Assembly (NCBI GenBank): GCA_964016885.1
Contig: OZ024745.1
Span: 4,960,001-5,024,000 of the forward strand
Length of the DNA: 64,000 nt
Reading direction: 5' to 3'
Origin: Eledone cirrhosa
Lineage: Eukaryota
Both the position numbers and the translations under genes were made by a program. Below are positions 13,901-28,740 of the stretch, piece after piece (position 1 is the first letter of the stretch; every line of letters starts with the position of its first letter). Below the pieces are notes generated by a model, which searched no databases, had not been told where the DNA came from, and saw nothing but the letters and a program-made list of their open reading frames with translations.

Positions 13901-14600
13901 ATCATAGGTACCTTCATCTAGTGTAGGACTATACCACACACTCCATCATAAGTACCTTCATCTAGTGTAGGACTATACCACACACTCCATCATAGGTACC
14001 TTTATATAGTGTAGGATTATACTACACACTCCATCATAGGTACCTTCATCTAGTGTAGGACTATACCATACACTCCATCATAGGTACCTTTATCTAGTGT
14101 AGGACTATACCACACACTCCATCATGGCTACCTTTATCTAGTGTAGGACTATACCACACACTCCATCATGGGTACCTTTATATAGTGTAGGACTATACCA
14201 CACACTCCATCATAGGTAACTTTATATAGTGTAGGACTATACCACACACTCCATCATAGGTACCTTCATCTAGTGTAGGACTATACCACACACTCCATCA
14301 TATGTACCTTTATATAGTGTAGGAGTATACCACACACTCCATCATAGGTACCTTCATCTAGTCTGGGACTATACCACACACTCCATCATAGGTACCTTCA
14401 TTTAGTCTGGGACTACACCACACACTCCATCATAGGTACCTTCATCTAGTCTAGGACTATACCACACACTCCATCATAGGTACCTTCATCTAGTGTAGGA
14501 CTATACCACACACTCCATCATAGGTACCTTCATCTAGTGTAGGACTATACCACACACTCCATCATAGGTACCTTCATCTAGTGTAGGACTATACCACACA
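10950..14600. repeat. Higher-order tandem duplication, 42 monomers (1,848 bp) x2; boundaries approximate
   Basis: The rare variant CATATGTACC..AGGAGTATA lies at 12453 and 14301 (1848 = 42x44), with the same order of other rare variants (ATACGACAC, CACGCCATC, GGATTATACTAC). Confidence 0.85.
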
Positions 14601-17600
14601 CTCCATCATAGGTACCTTCATCTATTCTGGGACTATACCTCACACTCCATCATAGGTACCTTCATCTAGTGTAGGACTATACCACACACTCCATCATAGG
14701 TACCTTCATCTAGTGTAGGACTATACCACACACTCCATCATAGGTACCTTCATCTAGTCTAGGACTATACCACACACTCCATCATAGGTACCTTTATATA
14801 GTGTAGGACTATACCACACACTCCATCATAGGTACCTTTATATAGTGTAGGACTATACCACACACTCCATCATAGGTACCTTCATCTAGTCTGGGACTAT
14901 ACCACACACTACATCATAGGTACCTTTATATAGTGTAGGACTATAACACACACTCCATCATAGGTACCTTTATATAGTGTAGGACTATACCACACACTCC
15001 ATCATAGGTACCTTCATCTAGTGTAGGACTATACCACACACTCCATCATAGGTACCTTCATCTAGTCTGGGACTATACCACACACTCCATCATAGGTACC
15101 TTTATTTAGTGTAGGACTATACCACACACTCCATCATAGGTACCTTCATCTAGTCTGGGACTATACCACACACTCCATCATAGGTACCTTCATCTAGTCT
15201 AGGACTATACCACACACTCCATCATAGGTACCTTTATATAGTGTAGGACTATACCACACACTCCATCATAGGTACCTTTATATAGTGTAGGACTATACCA
15301 CAAACTCCATCATAGGTACCTTTATATAGTGTAGGACTATACCAAACACTCCATCATAGGTACCTTCATCTAGTGTAGGACTATACCACACACTCCATCA
15401 TAAGTACCTTCATCTAGTGTAGGACTATACCACACACTCCATCATAGGTACCTTTATATAGTGTAGGACTATACCACACACTCCATCATAGGTACCTTCA
15501 TCTAGTGTAGGACTATACCATACATTCCATCATAGGTACCTTTATCTAGTGTAGGACTATACCACACACTCCATCATGGCTACCTTTATCTAGTGTAGGA
15601 CTATACCACACACTCCATCATAGGTACCTTCATCTAGTGTAGGACTATACCACACACTCCATCATAGGTACCTTCATCTAGTGTAGGACTATACCACACA
15701 CTCCATAATAGGTACCTTTATCTAGTGTAGGACTATACCACACACTCCATCATAGGTACCTTCATCTAGTGTAGGACTATACCACACACTCCATCATGTG
15801 TACCTTCATCTAGTCTAGGACTATACCACACACTCCATCATAGGTACCTTCATCTAGTGTAGGACTATACCACACACTCCATAATAGGTACCTTCATCTA
15901 GTGTAGGACTATACCACACACTCCATCAGAGGTACCTTCATCTAGTGTAGGACTATACCACACACTCCATCATAGGTACCTTCATCTAGTGTAGGACTAT
16001 ACCACACACTCCATAATAGGTACCTTTATCTAGTGTAGGACTATACCACACACTCCATCAGAGGTACCTTCATCTAGTGTAGGACTATACCACACACTCC
16101 ATAATAGGTACCTTTATCTAGTGTAGGACTATACCACACACTCCATCATAGGAACCTTCATCTAGTCTGGTACTATACCACACACTCCATCATAGGTACC
16201 TTTATATAGTGTAGGACTATACCACACACTCCATCATAGGTACCTTTATATAGTGTAGGACTATACCACACACTCCATCATAGGTACCTTTATATAGTGT
16301 AGGACTATACCACACACTCCATCATAGGTACCTTCATCTAGTCTAGGACTATACCACACACTCCATCATAGGTACCTTTATATAGTGTAGGACTATACCA
16401 CACACTCCATCATAGGTACCTTTATATAGTGTAGGACTATACCACACACTCCATCATAGGTACCTTTATATAGTGTAGGACTATACCACACACTCCATCA
16501 TAGGTACCTTCATCTAGTGTAGGACTATACCACACACTCCATCATAGGTACCTTCATCTAGTCTAGGACTATACCACACACTCCATCATAGGTACCTTTA
16601 TATAGTGTAGGACTATACCACACACTCCATCATAGGTACCTTCATCTAGTGTAGGACTATACCACACATTCCATCATAGGTACCTTCATCTAGTCTGGGA
16701 CTATACCACACACTCCATCATGGGTACCTTTATATAGTGTAGGACTATACCACACACTCCATCATAGGTACCTTCATCTAGTCTGGGACTATACCACACA
16801 CTACATCATAGGTACCTTTATATAGTGTAGGACTATACCACACACTCCATCATAGGTACCTTTATATAGTGTAGGACTATACGACACACTCCATCATTGG
16901 TACCTTCATCTAGTGTAGGACTATACGACACACTCCATCATAGGTACCTTCATCTAGTCTGGGACTATACCACACACTCCATCATAGGTACCTTTATTTA
17001 GTGTAGGACTATACCACACACTCCATCATAGGTACCTTCATCTAGTCTGGGACTATACCACACACTCCATCATAGGTACCTTCATCTAGTCTAGGACTAT
17101 ACCACACACTCCATCATAGGTACCTTTATATAGTGTAGGACTATACCACACACTCCATCATAGGTACCTTTATATAGTGTAGGACTATACCACAAACTCC
17201 ATCATAGGTACCTTTATATAGTGTAGGACTATACCAAACACTCCATCATAGGTACCTTCATCTAGTGTAGGACTATACCACACACTCCATCATAAGTACC
17301 TTCATCTAGTGTAGGACTATACCACACACTCCATCATAGGTACCTTTATATAGTGTAGGACTATACCACACACTCCATCATAGGTACCTTCATCTAGTGT
17401 AGGACTATACCACACATTCCATCATAGGTACCTTTATCTAGTGTAGGACTATACCACACACTCCATCATGGCTACCTTTATCTAGTGTAGGACTATACCA
17501 CACACTCCATCATGGGTACCTTCATTTAGTCTAGGACTATACCACACACTCCATCATAGGTACCTTCATTTAGTCTGGGACTACACCACACACTCCATCA

Positions 17601-20600
17601 TAGGTACCTTCATCTAGTCTAGGACTATACCACACACTCCATCATAGGTACCTTCATCTAGTGTAGGACTATACAACACACTCCATCATAGGTACCTTCA
17701 TCTAGTCTGGGACTATACCACACACTCCATCATAGGTACCTTCATCTAGTGTAGGACTATACCACACACTCCATCATAATTACCTTCATCTAGTGTAGGA
17801 CTATACCACACACTCCATCATAGGTACCTTTATATAGTGTAGGATTATACCACACACTCCATCATAGGTACCTTCATCTAGTGTAGGACTATACCATACA
17901 CTCCATCATAGGTACCTTTATCTAGTGTAGGACTATACCACACACTCCATCATGGCTACCTTTATCTAGTGTAGGACTATACCACACACTCCATCATGGG
18001 TACCTTTATATAGTGTAGGACTATACCACACACTCCATCATAGGTAACTTTATATAGTGTAGGACTATACCACACACTCCATCATAGGTACCTTCATCTA
18101 GTGTAGGACTGTACCACACACTCCATCATATGTACCTTTATATAGTGTAGGACTATACCACACACTCCATCATAGGTACCTTCATCTAGTCTGGGACTAT
18201 ACCACACACTCCATCATAGGTACCTTCATTTATTCTGGGACTACACCACACACACCATCATAGGTACCTTCATCTAGTCTAGGACTATACCACACACTCC
18301 ATCATAGGTACCTTCATCTAGTGTAGGACTATACAACACACTCCATCATAGGTACCTTCATCTAGTGTAGGACTATACCACACACTCCATCATAAGTACC
18401 TTCATCTAGTGTAGGACTATACCACACACTCCATCATAGGTACCTTTATATAGTGTAGGACTATACCACACACTCCATCATAGGTACCTTTATCTAGTGT
18501 AGGACTATACCACACACTCCATCATGGCTACCTTTATCTAGTGTAGGACTATACCACACACCGCATCATGGGTACCTTCATTTAGTCTAGGACTATACCA
18601 CACACTCCATCATAGGTACCTTCATCTAGTGTAGGACTATACCACACACTCCATCATAGGTACCTTTATATAGTGTAGGACTATACCACACACTCCATAA
18701 TAGGTACCTTCATCTAGTCTAGGACTATACCACACACTCCATCATAAGTACCTTTATGTAGTGTAGGACTATACCACACACTCCATCATAGGTACCTTCA
18801 TCTAGTCTAGGACTATACCACACACTCCATCATAGGTACCTTCATCTAGTGTAGGACTATACCACACACTCCATCATAGGTACCTTCATTAGTGTAGGAC
18901 TATACCACACACTCCATCATAGGTACCTTCATCTAGTGTAGGACTATACCACACACTCCATCATAGGTACCTTCATCTATTCTGGGACTATACCACACAC
19001 TCCATCATAGGTACCTTCATCTAGTGTAGGACTATACCACACACTCCATCATAGGTACCTTCATCTAGTGTAGGACTATACCACACACTCCATCATAGGT
19101 ACCTTCATCTAGTCTAGGACTATACCACACACTCCATCATAGGTACCTTCATCTAGTCTGGGACTATACCACACACTCCATCATAGGTACCTTCATCTAG
19201 TCTAGGACTATACCACACACTCCATCATAGGTACCTTCATCTAGTGTAGGACTATACCACACACTCCATCATAGGTACCTTCATCTAGTCTAGGACTATA
19301 CCACACACTCCATCATAGGTACCTTCATCTAGTCTGGGACTATACCACACACTCCATCATAGGTACCTTCATCTAGTGTAGGACTATACCACACACTCCA
19401 TCATAGGTACCTTCATCTAGTGTAGGACTATACCACACACTCCATCATAGGTACCTTCATCTAGTGTAGGACTATACCACACACTCCATCATAGGTACCT
19501 TCATCTATTCTGGGACTATACCACACACTCCATCATAGGTACCTTCATCTAGTCTAGGACTATACCACACACTCCATCATAGGTACCTTCATCTAGTCTG
19601 GGACTATACCACACACTCCATCATAGGTACCTTCATCTAGTCTAGGACTATACCACACACTCCATCATAGGTACCTTCATCTAGTGTAGGACTATACCAC
19701 ACACTCCATCATAGGTACCTTCATCTAGTCTAGGACTATACCACACACTCCATCATAGGTACCTTCATCTAGTCTGGGACTATACCACACACTCCATCAT
19801 AGGTACCTTCATCTAGTGTAGGACTATACCACACACTCCATCATAGGTACCTTCATCTAGTGTAGGACTATACCAAACACTCCATCATAGGTACCTTCAT
19901 CTAGTCTGGGACTATACCACACACTCCATCATAAGTACCTTCATCTAGTCTAGGACTATACCACACACTCCATCATAGTTACCTTCATCTAGTGTAGGAC
20001 TATACCACACACTCCATCATAGGTACCTTCATCTAGTCTAGGACTATACCACACACTCCATCATAGGTACCTTCATCTAGTCTGGGACTATACCACACAC
20101 TCCATAATAGGTACCTTCATCTAGTCTGGGACCATACCACATACTCCATCATAGGTACCTTCATCTAGTCTAGGACTATACCACACACTCCATCATAGGT
20201 ACCTTCAGCTAGTCTAGGACTATACCACACACTCCATAATAGGTACCTTCATCTAGTGTAGGACTATACCACACACTCCATCATAGGTACCTTTATATAG
20301 TGTAGGACTATACCACACACTCCATAATAGGTACCGTCATCTATTCTGGGACTATACCACACACTCCATCATAGGTACCTTCATCTAGTCTGGGACTATA
20401 CCACACACTACATCATAGGTACCTTCATCTAGTCTGGGACTATACCACACACTCCATCATAGGTACCTTCATCTAGTCTGGGACTATACCACACACTACA
20501 TCATAGGTACCTTCATCTAGTCTGGGACTATACCACACACTACATCATAGGTACCTTCATCTAGTGTAGGACTATACCACACACTCCATCATAGGTACCT

Positions 20601-22559
20601 TCATCTAGTCTGGGACTATACCACACACTCCATCATAGGTACCTTCATCAAGTGTAGGACTATACCACACGCTCCATCATAAGTACCTTTATATAGTGTA
20701 GGACTATACCACACACTCCATCATAGGTACCTTTATCTAGTGTAGGACTATACCACACACTCCATCATGGGTACCTTTATCTAGTGTAGGACTATACCAC
20801 ACACTCCATAATAGGTACCTTCAACTAGTGTAGGACTATACCACACACTCCATCATAGGTACCTTCATCTAGTGTAGGACTATACCACACACTCCATCAT
20901 AGGTACCTTCATCTAGTTGGGGACTATACCACACACTCCATAGGTACCTTTATACAGTGTAGGACTATACCACACACTCCATCATAGGTACCTTCATCTA
21001 GTCTGGGACTATACCACACACTCCATCATAGGTACCTTTATCTAGTGTAGGACTATACCACACACTCCATCATAGGTACCTTTATATAGTGTAGGACTAT
21101 ACCACACACTCCATCATAGGTACCTTCATCTAGTGTAGGACTATACCACACTCCATAATAGGTACCTTCATCTAGTCTAGGACTATACCACACACTCCAT
21201 AATAGGTACCTTCATCTAGTCTAGGACTATACCACACACTCCATAATAGGTACCTTCATCTAGTGTAGGACTATACCACACATTCCATCATAGGTACCTT
21301 CATCTAGTGTAGGACTATACCACACACTCCATCATGGGTACCTTCATCTAGTCTAAGACTATACCACACACTCCATCATAGGTACCTTCATCTAGTGTAG
21401 GACTATACCACACACTCCATCATAGGTACCTTCATCTAGTGTAGGACTATACCACACACTCCATCATAAGTACCTTTATATAGTGTAGGACTATACCACA
21501 CACTCCATCATGGGTACCTTCATCTAGTCTAAGACTATACCACACACTCCATCATAGGTACCTTCATCTAGTGTAGGACTATACCACACACTCCATCATA
21601 GGCACCTTTATATAGTGTACGACTATACCACACACTCCATCATAGGTACCTTCATCTAGTGTAGGACTATACCACACACTCCATAATAGGTACCTTCATC
21701 TAGTCTAGGACTATACCACACACTCCATCAGAGGTACCTTCATCTAGTCGGGGACTATACCACAAACTCCATCATAGGTACCTTTATATAGTGTAGGACT
21801 ATACCACACACTCCATCATAGGTACCTTCATCTAGTGTAGGACTATACCACACACTCAATCATAGGTACCTTCATCTAGTCTGGGACTATACCACACACT
21901 CCATCATGGGTACCTTTATATAGTGTAGGACTATACCACACACTCCATCATAGGTACCTTCATCTAGTCTGGGACTATACCACACACTACATCATAGGTA
22001 CCTTTATATAGTGTAGGACTATACCACACACTCCGTCATAGGTACCTTTATATAGTGTAGGACTATACCACACACTCAATCATAGGTACCTTCATCTAGT
22101 GTAGGACTATACCACACACTCCATCATAGGTACCTTCATCTAGTCTGGGACTATACCACACACTCCATCATAGGTACCTTTATTTAGTGTAGGACTATAC
22201 CACACACTCCATCATAGGTACCTTCATCTAGTCTGGGACTATACCACACACTCCATCATAGGTACCTTCATCTAGTCTAGGACTATACCACACACTCCAT
22301 CATAGGTACCTTTATATAGTGTAGGACTATACCACACACTCCATCATAGGTACCTTTATATAGTGTAGGACTATACCACAAACTCCATCATAGGTACCTT
22401 TATATAGTGTAGGACTATACCAAACACTCCATCATAGGTACCTTCATCTAGTGTAGGACTATACCACACACTCCATCATAAGTACCTTCATCTAGTGTAG
22501 GACTATACCACACACTCCATCATAGGTACCTTTATATAGTGTAGGACTATACCACACAC

Positions 22560-25500
22560 TCCATCATAGGTACCTTCATCTAGTGTAGGACTATACCATA
22601 CACTCCATCATAGGTACCTTTATCTAGTGTAGGACTATACCACACACTCCATCATGGCTACCTTTATCTAGTGTAGGACTATACCACACACTCCATCATG
22701 GGTACCTTCATTTAGTCTAGGACTATACCACACACTCCATCATAGGTACCTTCATTTAGTCTGGGACTACACCACACACTCCATCATAGGTACCTTCATC
22801 TAGTCTAGGACTATACCACACACTCCATCATAGGTACCTTCATCTAGTGTAGGACTATACAACACACTCCATCATAGGTACCTTCATCTAGTCTGGGACT
22901 ATACCACACACTCCATCATAGGTACCTTCATCTAGTGTAGGACTATACCACACACTCCATCATAAGTACCTTCATCTAGTGTAGGACTATACCACACACT
23001 CCATCTTAGGTACCTTTATATAGTGTAGGACTATACCACACACTCCATCATAGGTACCTTCATCTAGTGTAGGACTATACCATACACTCCATCATAGTTA
23101 CCTTTATCTAGTGTAGGACTATACCACACACTCCATCATGGCTACCTTTATCTAGTGTAGGACTATACCACACACTCCATCATGGGTACCTTTATATAGT
23201 GTAGGACTATACCACACACTCCATCATAGGTAACTTTATATAGTGTAGGACTATACCACACACTCCATCATAGGTACCTTCATCTAGTCTGGGACTATAC
23301 CACACACTCCATCATAGGTACCTTCATTTAGTCTGGGACTACACCACACACTCCATCATAGGTACCGTCATCTAGTCTAGGACTATACCACACACTCCAT
23401 CATAGGTACCTTCATCTAGTGTAGGACTATACAACACACTCCATCATAGGTACCTTCATCTGGTCTGGGACTATACCACACACTCCATCATAGGTACCTT
23501 CATCTAGTGTAGGACTATACCACACACTCCATCATAAGTACCTTCATCTAGTGTAGGACTATACCACACACTCCATCATAGGTACCTTTATATAGTGTAG
23601 GACTATACCACACACTCCATCATAGGTACCTTCATCTAGTGTAGGACTATACCATACACTCCATCATAGGTACCTTTATCTAGTGTAGGACTATACAACA
23701 CACTCCATCATAGGTACCTTCATCTAGTCTGGGACTATACCACACACTCCATCATAGGTACCTTCATCTAGTGTAGGACTATACCACACACTCCATCATA
23801 GGTAGCTTCATCTAGTGTAGGACTATACAACACACTCCATCATAGGTACCTTCATCTAGTCTGGGACTATACCACACGCTCCATCATAGGTACCTTCATC
23901 TAGTGTAGGACTATACCACACACTCCATCATAGGTACCTTTATATAGTGTAGGACTATAGCACACACTCCATAATAGGTACCTTCATCTAGTCTAGGACT
24001 ATACCACACACTCCATCATAAGTACCTTTATGTAGTGTAGGGCTATACCACACACTCCATAATAGGTACCTTCATCTAGTGTAGGACTATACCACACACT
24101 CCATCATAGTTACCTTCATCTATTCTGGGACTATACCACACACTCCATCATAGGTACCTTCATCTATTCTGGGACTATACCACACACTCCATCATAGGTA
24201 CCTTCATCTAGTGTAGGACTATACCACACACTCCATCATAGGTACCTTCATCTAGTGTAGGACTATACAACACACTCCATCATAGGTACCTTCATCTGGT
24301 CTGGGACTATACCACACACTCCATCATAGGTACCTTCATCTAGTGTAGGACTATACCACACACTCCATCATAAGTACCTTCATCTAGTGTAGGACTATAC
24401 CACACACTCCATCATAGGTACCTTTATATAGTGTAGGACTATACCACACACTCCATCATAGGTACCTTCATCTAGTGTAGGACTATACCATACACTCCAT
24501 CATAGGTACCTTTATCTAGTGTAGGACTATACAACACACTCCATCATAGGTACCTTCATCTAGTCTGGGACTATACCACACACTCCATCATAGGTACCTT
24601 CATCTAGTGTAGGACTATACCACACACTCCATCATAGGTAGCTTCATCTAGTGTAGGACTATACAACACACTCCATCATAGGTACCTTCATCTAGTCTGG
24701 GACTATACCACACGCTCCATCATAGGTACCTTCATCTAGTGTAGGACTATACCACACACTCCATCATAGGTACCTTTATATAGTGTAGGACTATAGCACA
24801 CACTCCATAATAGGTACCTTCATCTAGTCTAGGACTATACCACACACTCCATCATAAGTACCTTTATGTAGTGTAGGGCTATACCACACACTCCATAATA
24901 GGTACCTTCATCTAGTGTAGGACTATACCACACACTCCATCATAGTTACCTTCATCTATTCTGGGACTATACCACACACTCCATCATAGGTACCTTCATC
25001 TAGTGTAGGACTATACCACACACTCCATCATAGGTACCTTCATCTAGTCTAGGGCTATACCACACACTCCATCATAGGTACCTTCATCTAGTCTGGGACT
25101 ATACCACACACTCCATCATAGGTACCTTCATCTAGTGTAGGACTATACCACACACTCCATCATAGGTACCTTCATCTAGTGTAGGACTATACCACACACT
25201 CCATCATAGGTACCTTCATCTAGTGTAGGACTATACCACACACTCCATCATAGGTACCTTCATCTAGTCTAGGACTATACCACACACTCCATCATAGGTA
25301 CCTTCATCTAGTGTAGGACTATACCAAACACTCCGTCATAGGTACCTTCATCTAGTCTGGGACTATACCACACACTCCATCATAAGTACCTTCATCTAGT
25401 CTAGGACTATACCACACACTCCATCATAGGTACCTTCATCTAGTGTAGGACTATACCACACACTCCATCATACGTACCTTCATCTAGTCTAGGACTATAC

Positions 25501-28500
25501 CACACACTCCATAATAGGTACCTTCATCTAGTCTGGGACTATACCACATACTCCATCATAGGTACCTTCATCTAGTCTAGGACTATACCACACACTCCAT
25601 CATAGGTACCTTCATCTAGTCTAGGACTATACCACACACTCCATCATAGGTACCTTCATCTAGTGTAGGACTATACCATACACTCCATCATAGGTACCTT
25701 TATCTAGTGTAGGACTATACCACACACTCCATCATGGCTACCTTTATCTAGTGTAGGACTATACCACACACTCCATCATGGGTACCTTCATTTAGTCTAG
25801 GACTATACCACACACTCCATCATAGGTACCTTCATTTAGTCTGGGACTACACCACACACTCCATCATAGGTACCTTCATCTAGTCTAGGACTATACCACA
25901 CACTCCATCATAGGTACCTTCATCTAGTGTAGGACTATACAACACACTCCATCATAGGTACCTTCATCTAGTCTGGGACTATACCACACACTCCATCATA
26001 GGTACCTTCATCTAGTGTAGGACTATACCACACACTCCATCATAAGTACCTTCATCTAGTGTAGGACTATACCACACACTCCATCTTAGGTACCTTTATA
26101 TAGTGTAGGACTATACCACACACTCCATCATAGGTACCTTCATCTAGTGTAGGACTATACCATACACTCCATCATAGTTACCTTTATCTAGTGTAGGACT
26201 ATACCACACACTCCATCATGGCTACCTTTATCTAGTGTAGGACTATACCACACACTCCATCATGGGTACCTTTATATAGTGTAGGACTATACCACACACT
26301 CCATCATAGGTAACTTTATATAGTGTAGGACTATACCACACACTCCATCATAGGTACCTTCATCTAGTCTGGGACTATACCACACACTCCATCATAGGTA
26401 CCTTCATTTAGTCTGGGACTACACCACACACTCCATCATAGGTACCGTCATCTAGTCTAGGACTATACCACACACTCCATCATAGGTACCTTCATCTAGT
26501 GTAGGACTATACAACACACTCCATCATAGGTACCTTCATCTGGTCTGGGACTATACCACACACTCCATCATAGGTACCTTCATCTAGTGTAGGACTATAC
26601 CACACACTCCATCATAAGTACCTTCATCTAGTGTAGGACTATACCACACACTCCATCATAGGTACCTTTATATAGTGTAGGACTATACCACACACTCCAT
26701 CATAGGTACCTTCATCTAGTGTAGGACTATACCATACACTCCATCATAGGTACCTTTATCTAGTGTAGGACTATACAACACACTCCATCATAGGTACCTT
26801 CATCTAGTCTGGGACTATACCACACACTCCATCATAGGTACCTTCATCTAGTGTAGGACTATACCACACACTCCATCATAGGTAGCTTCATCTAGTGTAG
26901 GACTATACAACACACTCCATCATAGGTACCTTCATCTAGTCTGGGACTATACCACACGCTCCATCATAGGTACCTTCATCTAGTGTAGGACTATACCACA
27001 CACTCCATCATAGGTACCTTTATATAGTGTAGGACTATAGCACACACTCCATAATAGGTACCTTCATCTAGTCTAGGACTATACCACACACTCCATCATA
27101 AGTACCTTTATGTAGTGTAGGGCTATACCACACACTCCATAATAGGTACCTTCATCTAGTGTAGGACTATACCACACACTCCATCATAGTTACCTTCATC
27201 TATTCTGGGACTATACCACACACTCCATCATAGGTACCTTCATCTATTCTGGGACTATACCACACACTCCATCATAGGTACCTTCATCTAGTGTAGGACT
27301 ATACCACACACTCCATCATAGGTACCTTCATCTAGTGTAGGACTATACAACACACTCCATCATAGGTACCTTCATCTGGTCTGGGACTATACCACACACT
27401 CCATCATAGGTACCTTCATCTAGTGTAGGACTATACCACACACTCCATCATAAGTACCTTCATCTAGTGTAGGACTATACCACACACTCCATCATAGGTA
27501 CCTTTATATAGTGTAGGACTATACCACACACTCCATCATAGGTACCTTCATCTAGTGTAGGACTATACCATACACTCCATCATAGGTACCTTTATCTAGT
27601 GTAGGACTATACAACACACTCCATCATAGGTACCTTCATCTAGTCTGGGACTATACCACACACTCCATCATAGGTACCTTCATCTAGTGTAGGACTATAC
27701 CACACACTCCATCATAGGTAGCTTCATCTAGTGTAGGACTATACAACACACTCCATCATAGGTACCTTCATCTAGTCTGGGACTATACCACACGCTCCAT
27801 CATAGGTACCTTCATCTAGTGTAGGACTATACCACACACTCCATCATAGGTACCTTTATATAGTGTAGGACTATAGCACACACTCCATAATAGGTACCTT
27901 CATCTAGTCTAGGACTATACCACACACTCCATCATAAGTACCTTTATGTAGTGTAGGGCTATACCACACACTCCATAATAGGTACCTTCATCTAGTGTAG
28001 GACTATACCACACACTCCATCATAGTTACCTTCATCTATTCTGGGACTATACCACACACTCCATCATAGGTACCTTCATCTAGTGTAGGACTATACCACA
28101 CACTCCATCATAGGTACCTTCATCTAGTCTAGGGCTATACCACACACTCCATCATAGGTACCTTCATCTAGTCTGGGACTATACCACACACTCCATCATA
28201 GGTACCTTCATCTAGTGTAGGACTATACCACACACTCCATCATAGGTACCTTCATCTAGTGTAGGACTATACCACACACTCCATCATAGGTACCTTCATC
28301 TAGTGTAGGACTATACCACACACTCCATCATAGGTACCTTCATCTAGTCTAGGACTATACCACACACTCCATCATAGGTACCTTCATCTAGTGTAGGACT
28401 ATACCAAACACTCCGTCATAGGTACCTTCATCTAGTCTGGGACTATACCACACACTCCATCATAAGTACCTTCATCTAGTCTAGGACTATACCACACACT

Positions 28501-28740
28501 CCATCATAGGTACCTTCATCTAGTGTAGGACTATACCACACACTCCATCATACGTACCTTCATCTAGTCTAGGACTATACCACACACTCCATAATAGGTA
28601 CCTTCATCTAGTCTGGGACTATACCACATACTCCATCATAGGTACCTTCATCTAGTCTAGGACTATACCACACACTCCATCATAGGTACCTTCATCTAGT
28701 CTAGGACTATACCACACACTCCATCATAGGTACCTTCATC
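22560..28740. repeat. Higher-order tandem duplication, 70 monomers (3,080 bp) x2, each containing an internal 19-monomer (836 bp) duplication
   Basis: CCATCTTAGG at 23001 and 26081 (3080 apart). TGGTCTGGG at 23461/24297 and 26541/27377 (836 apart within each copy). Confidence 0.9.
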
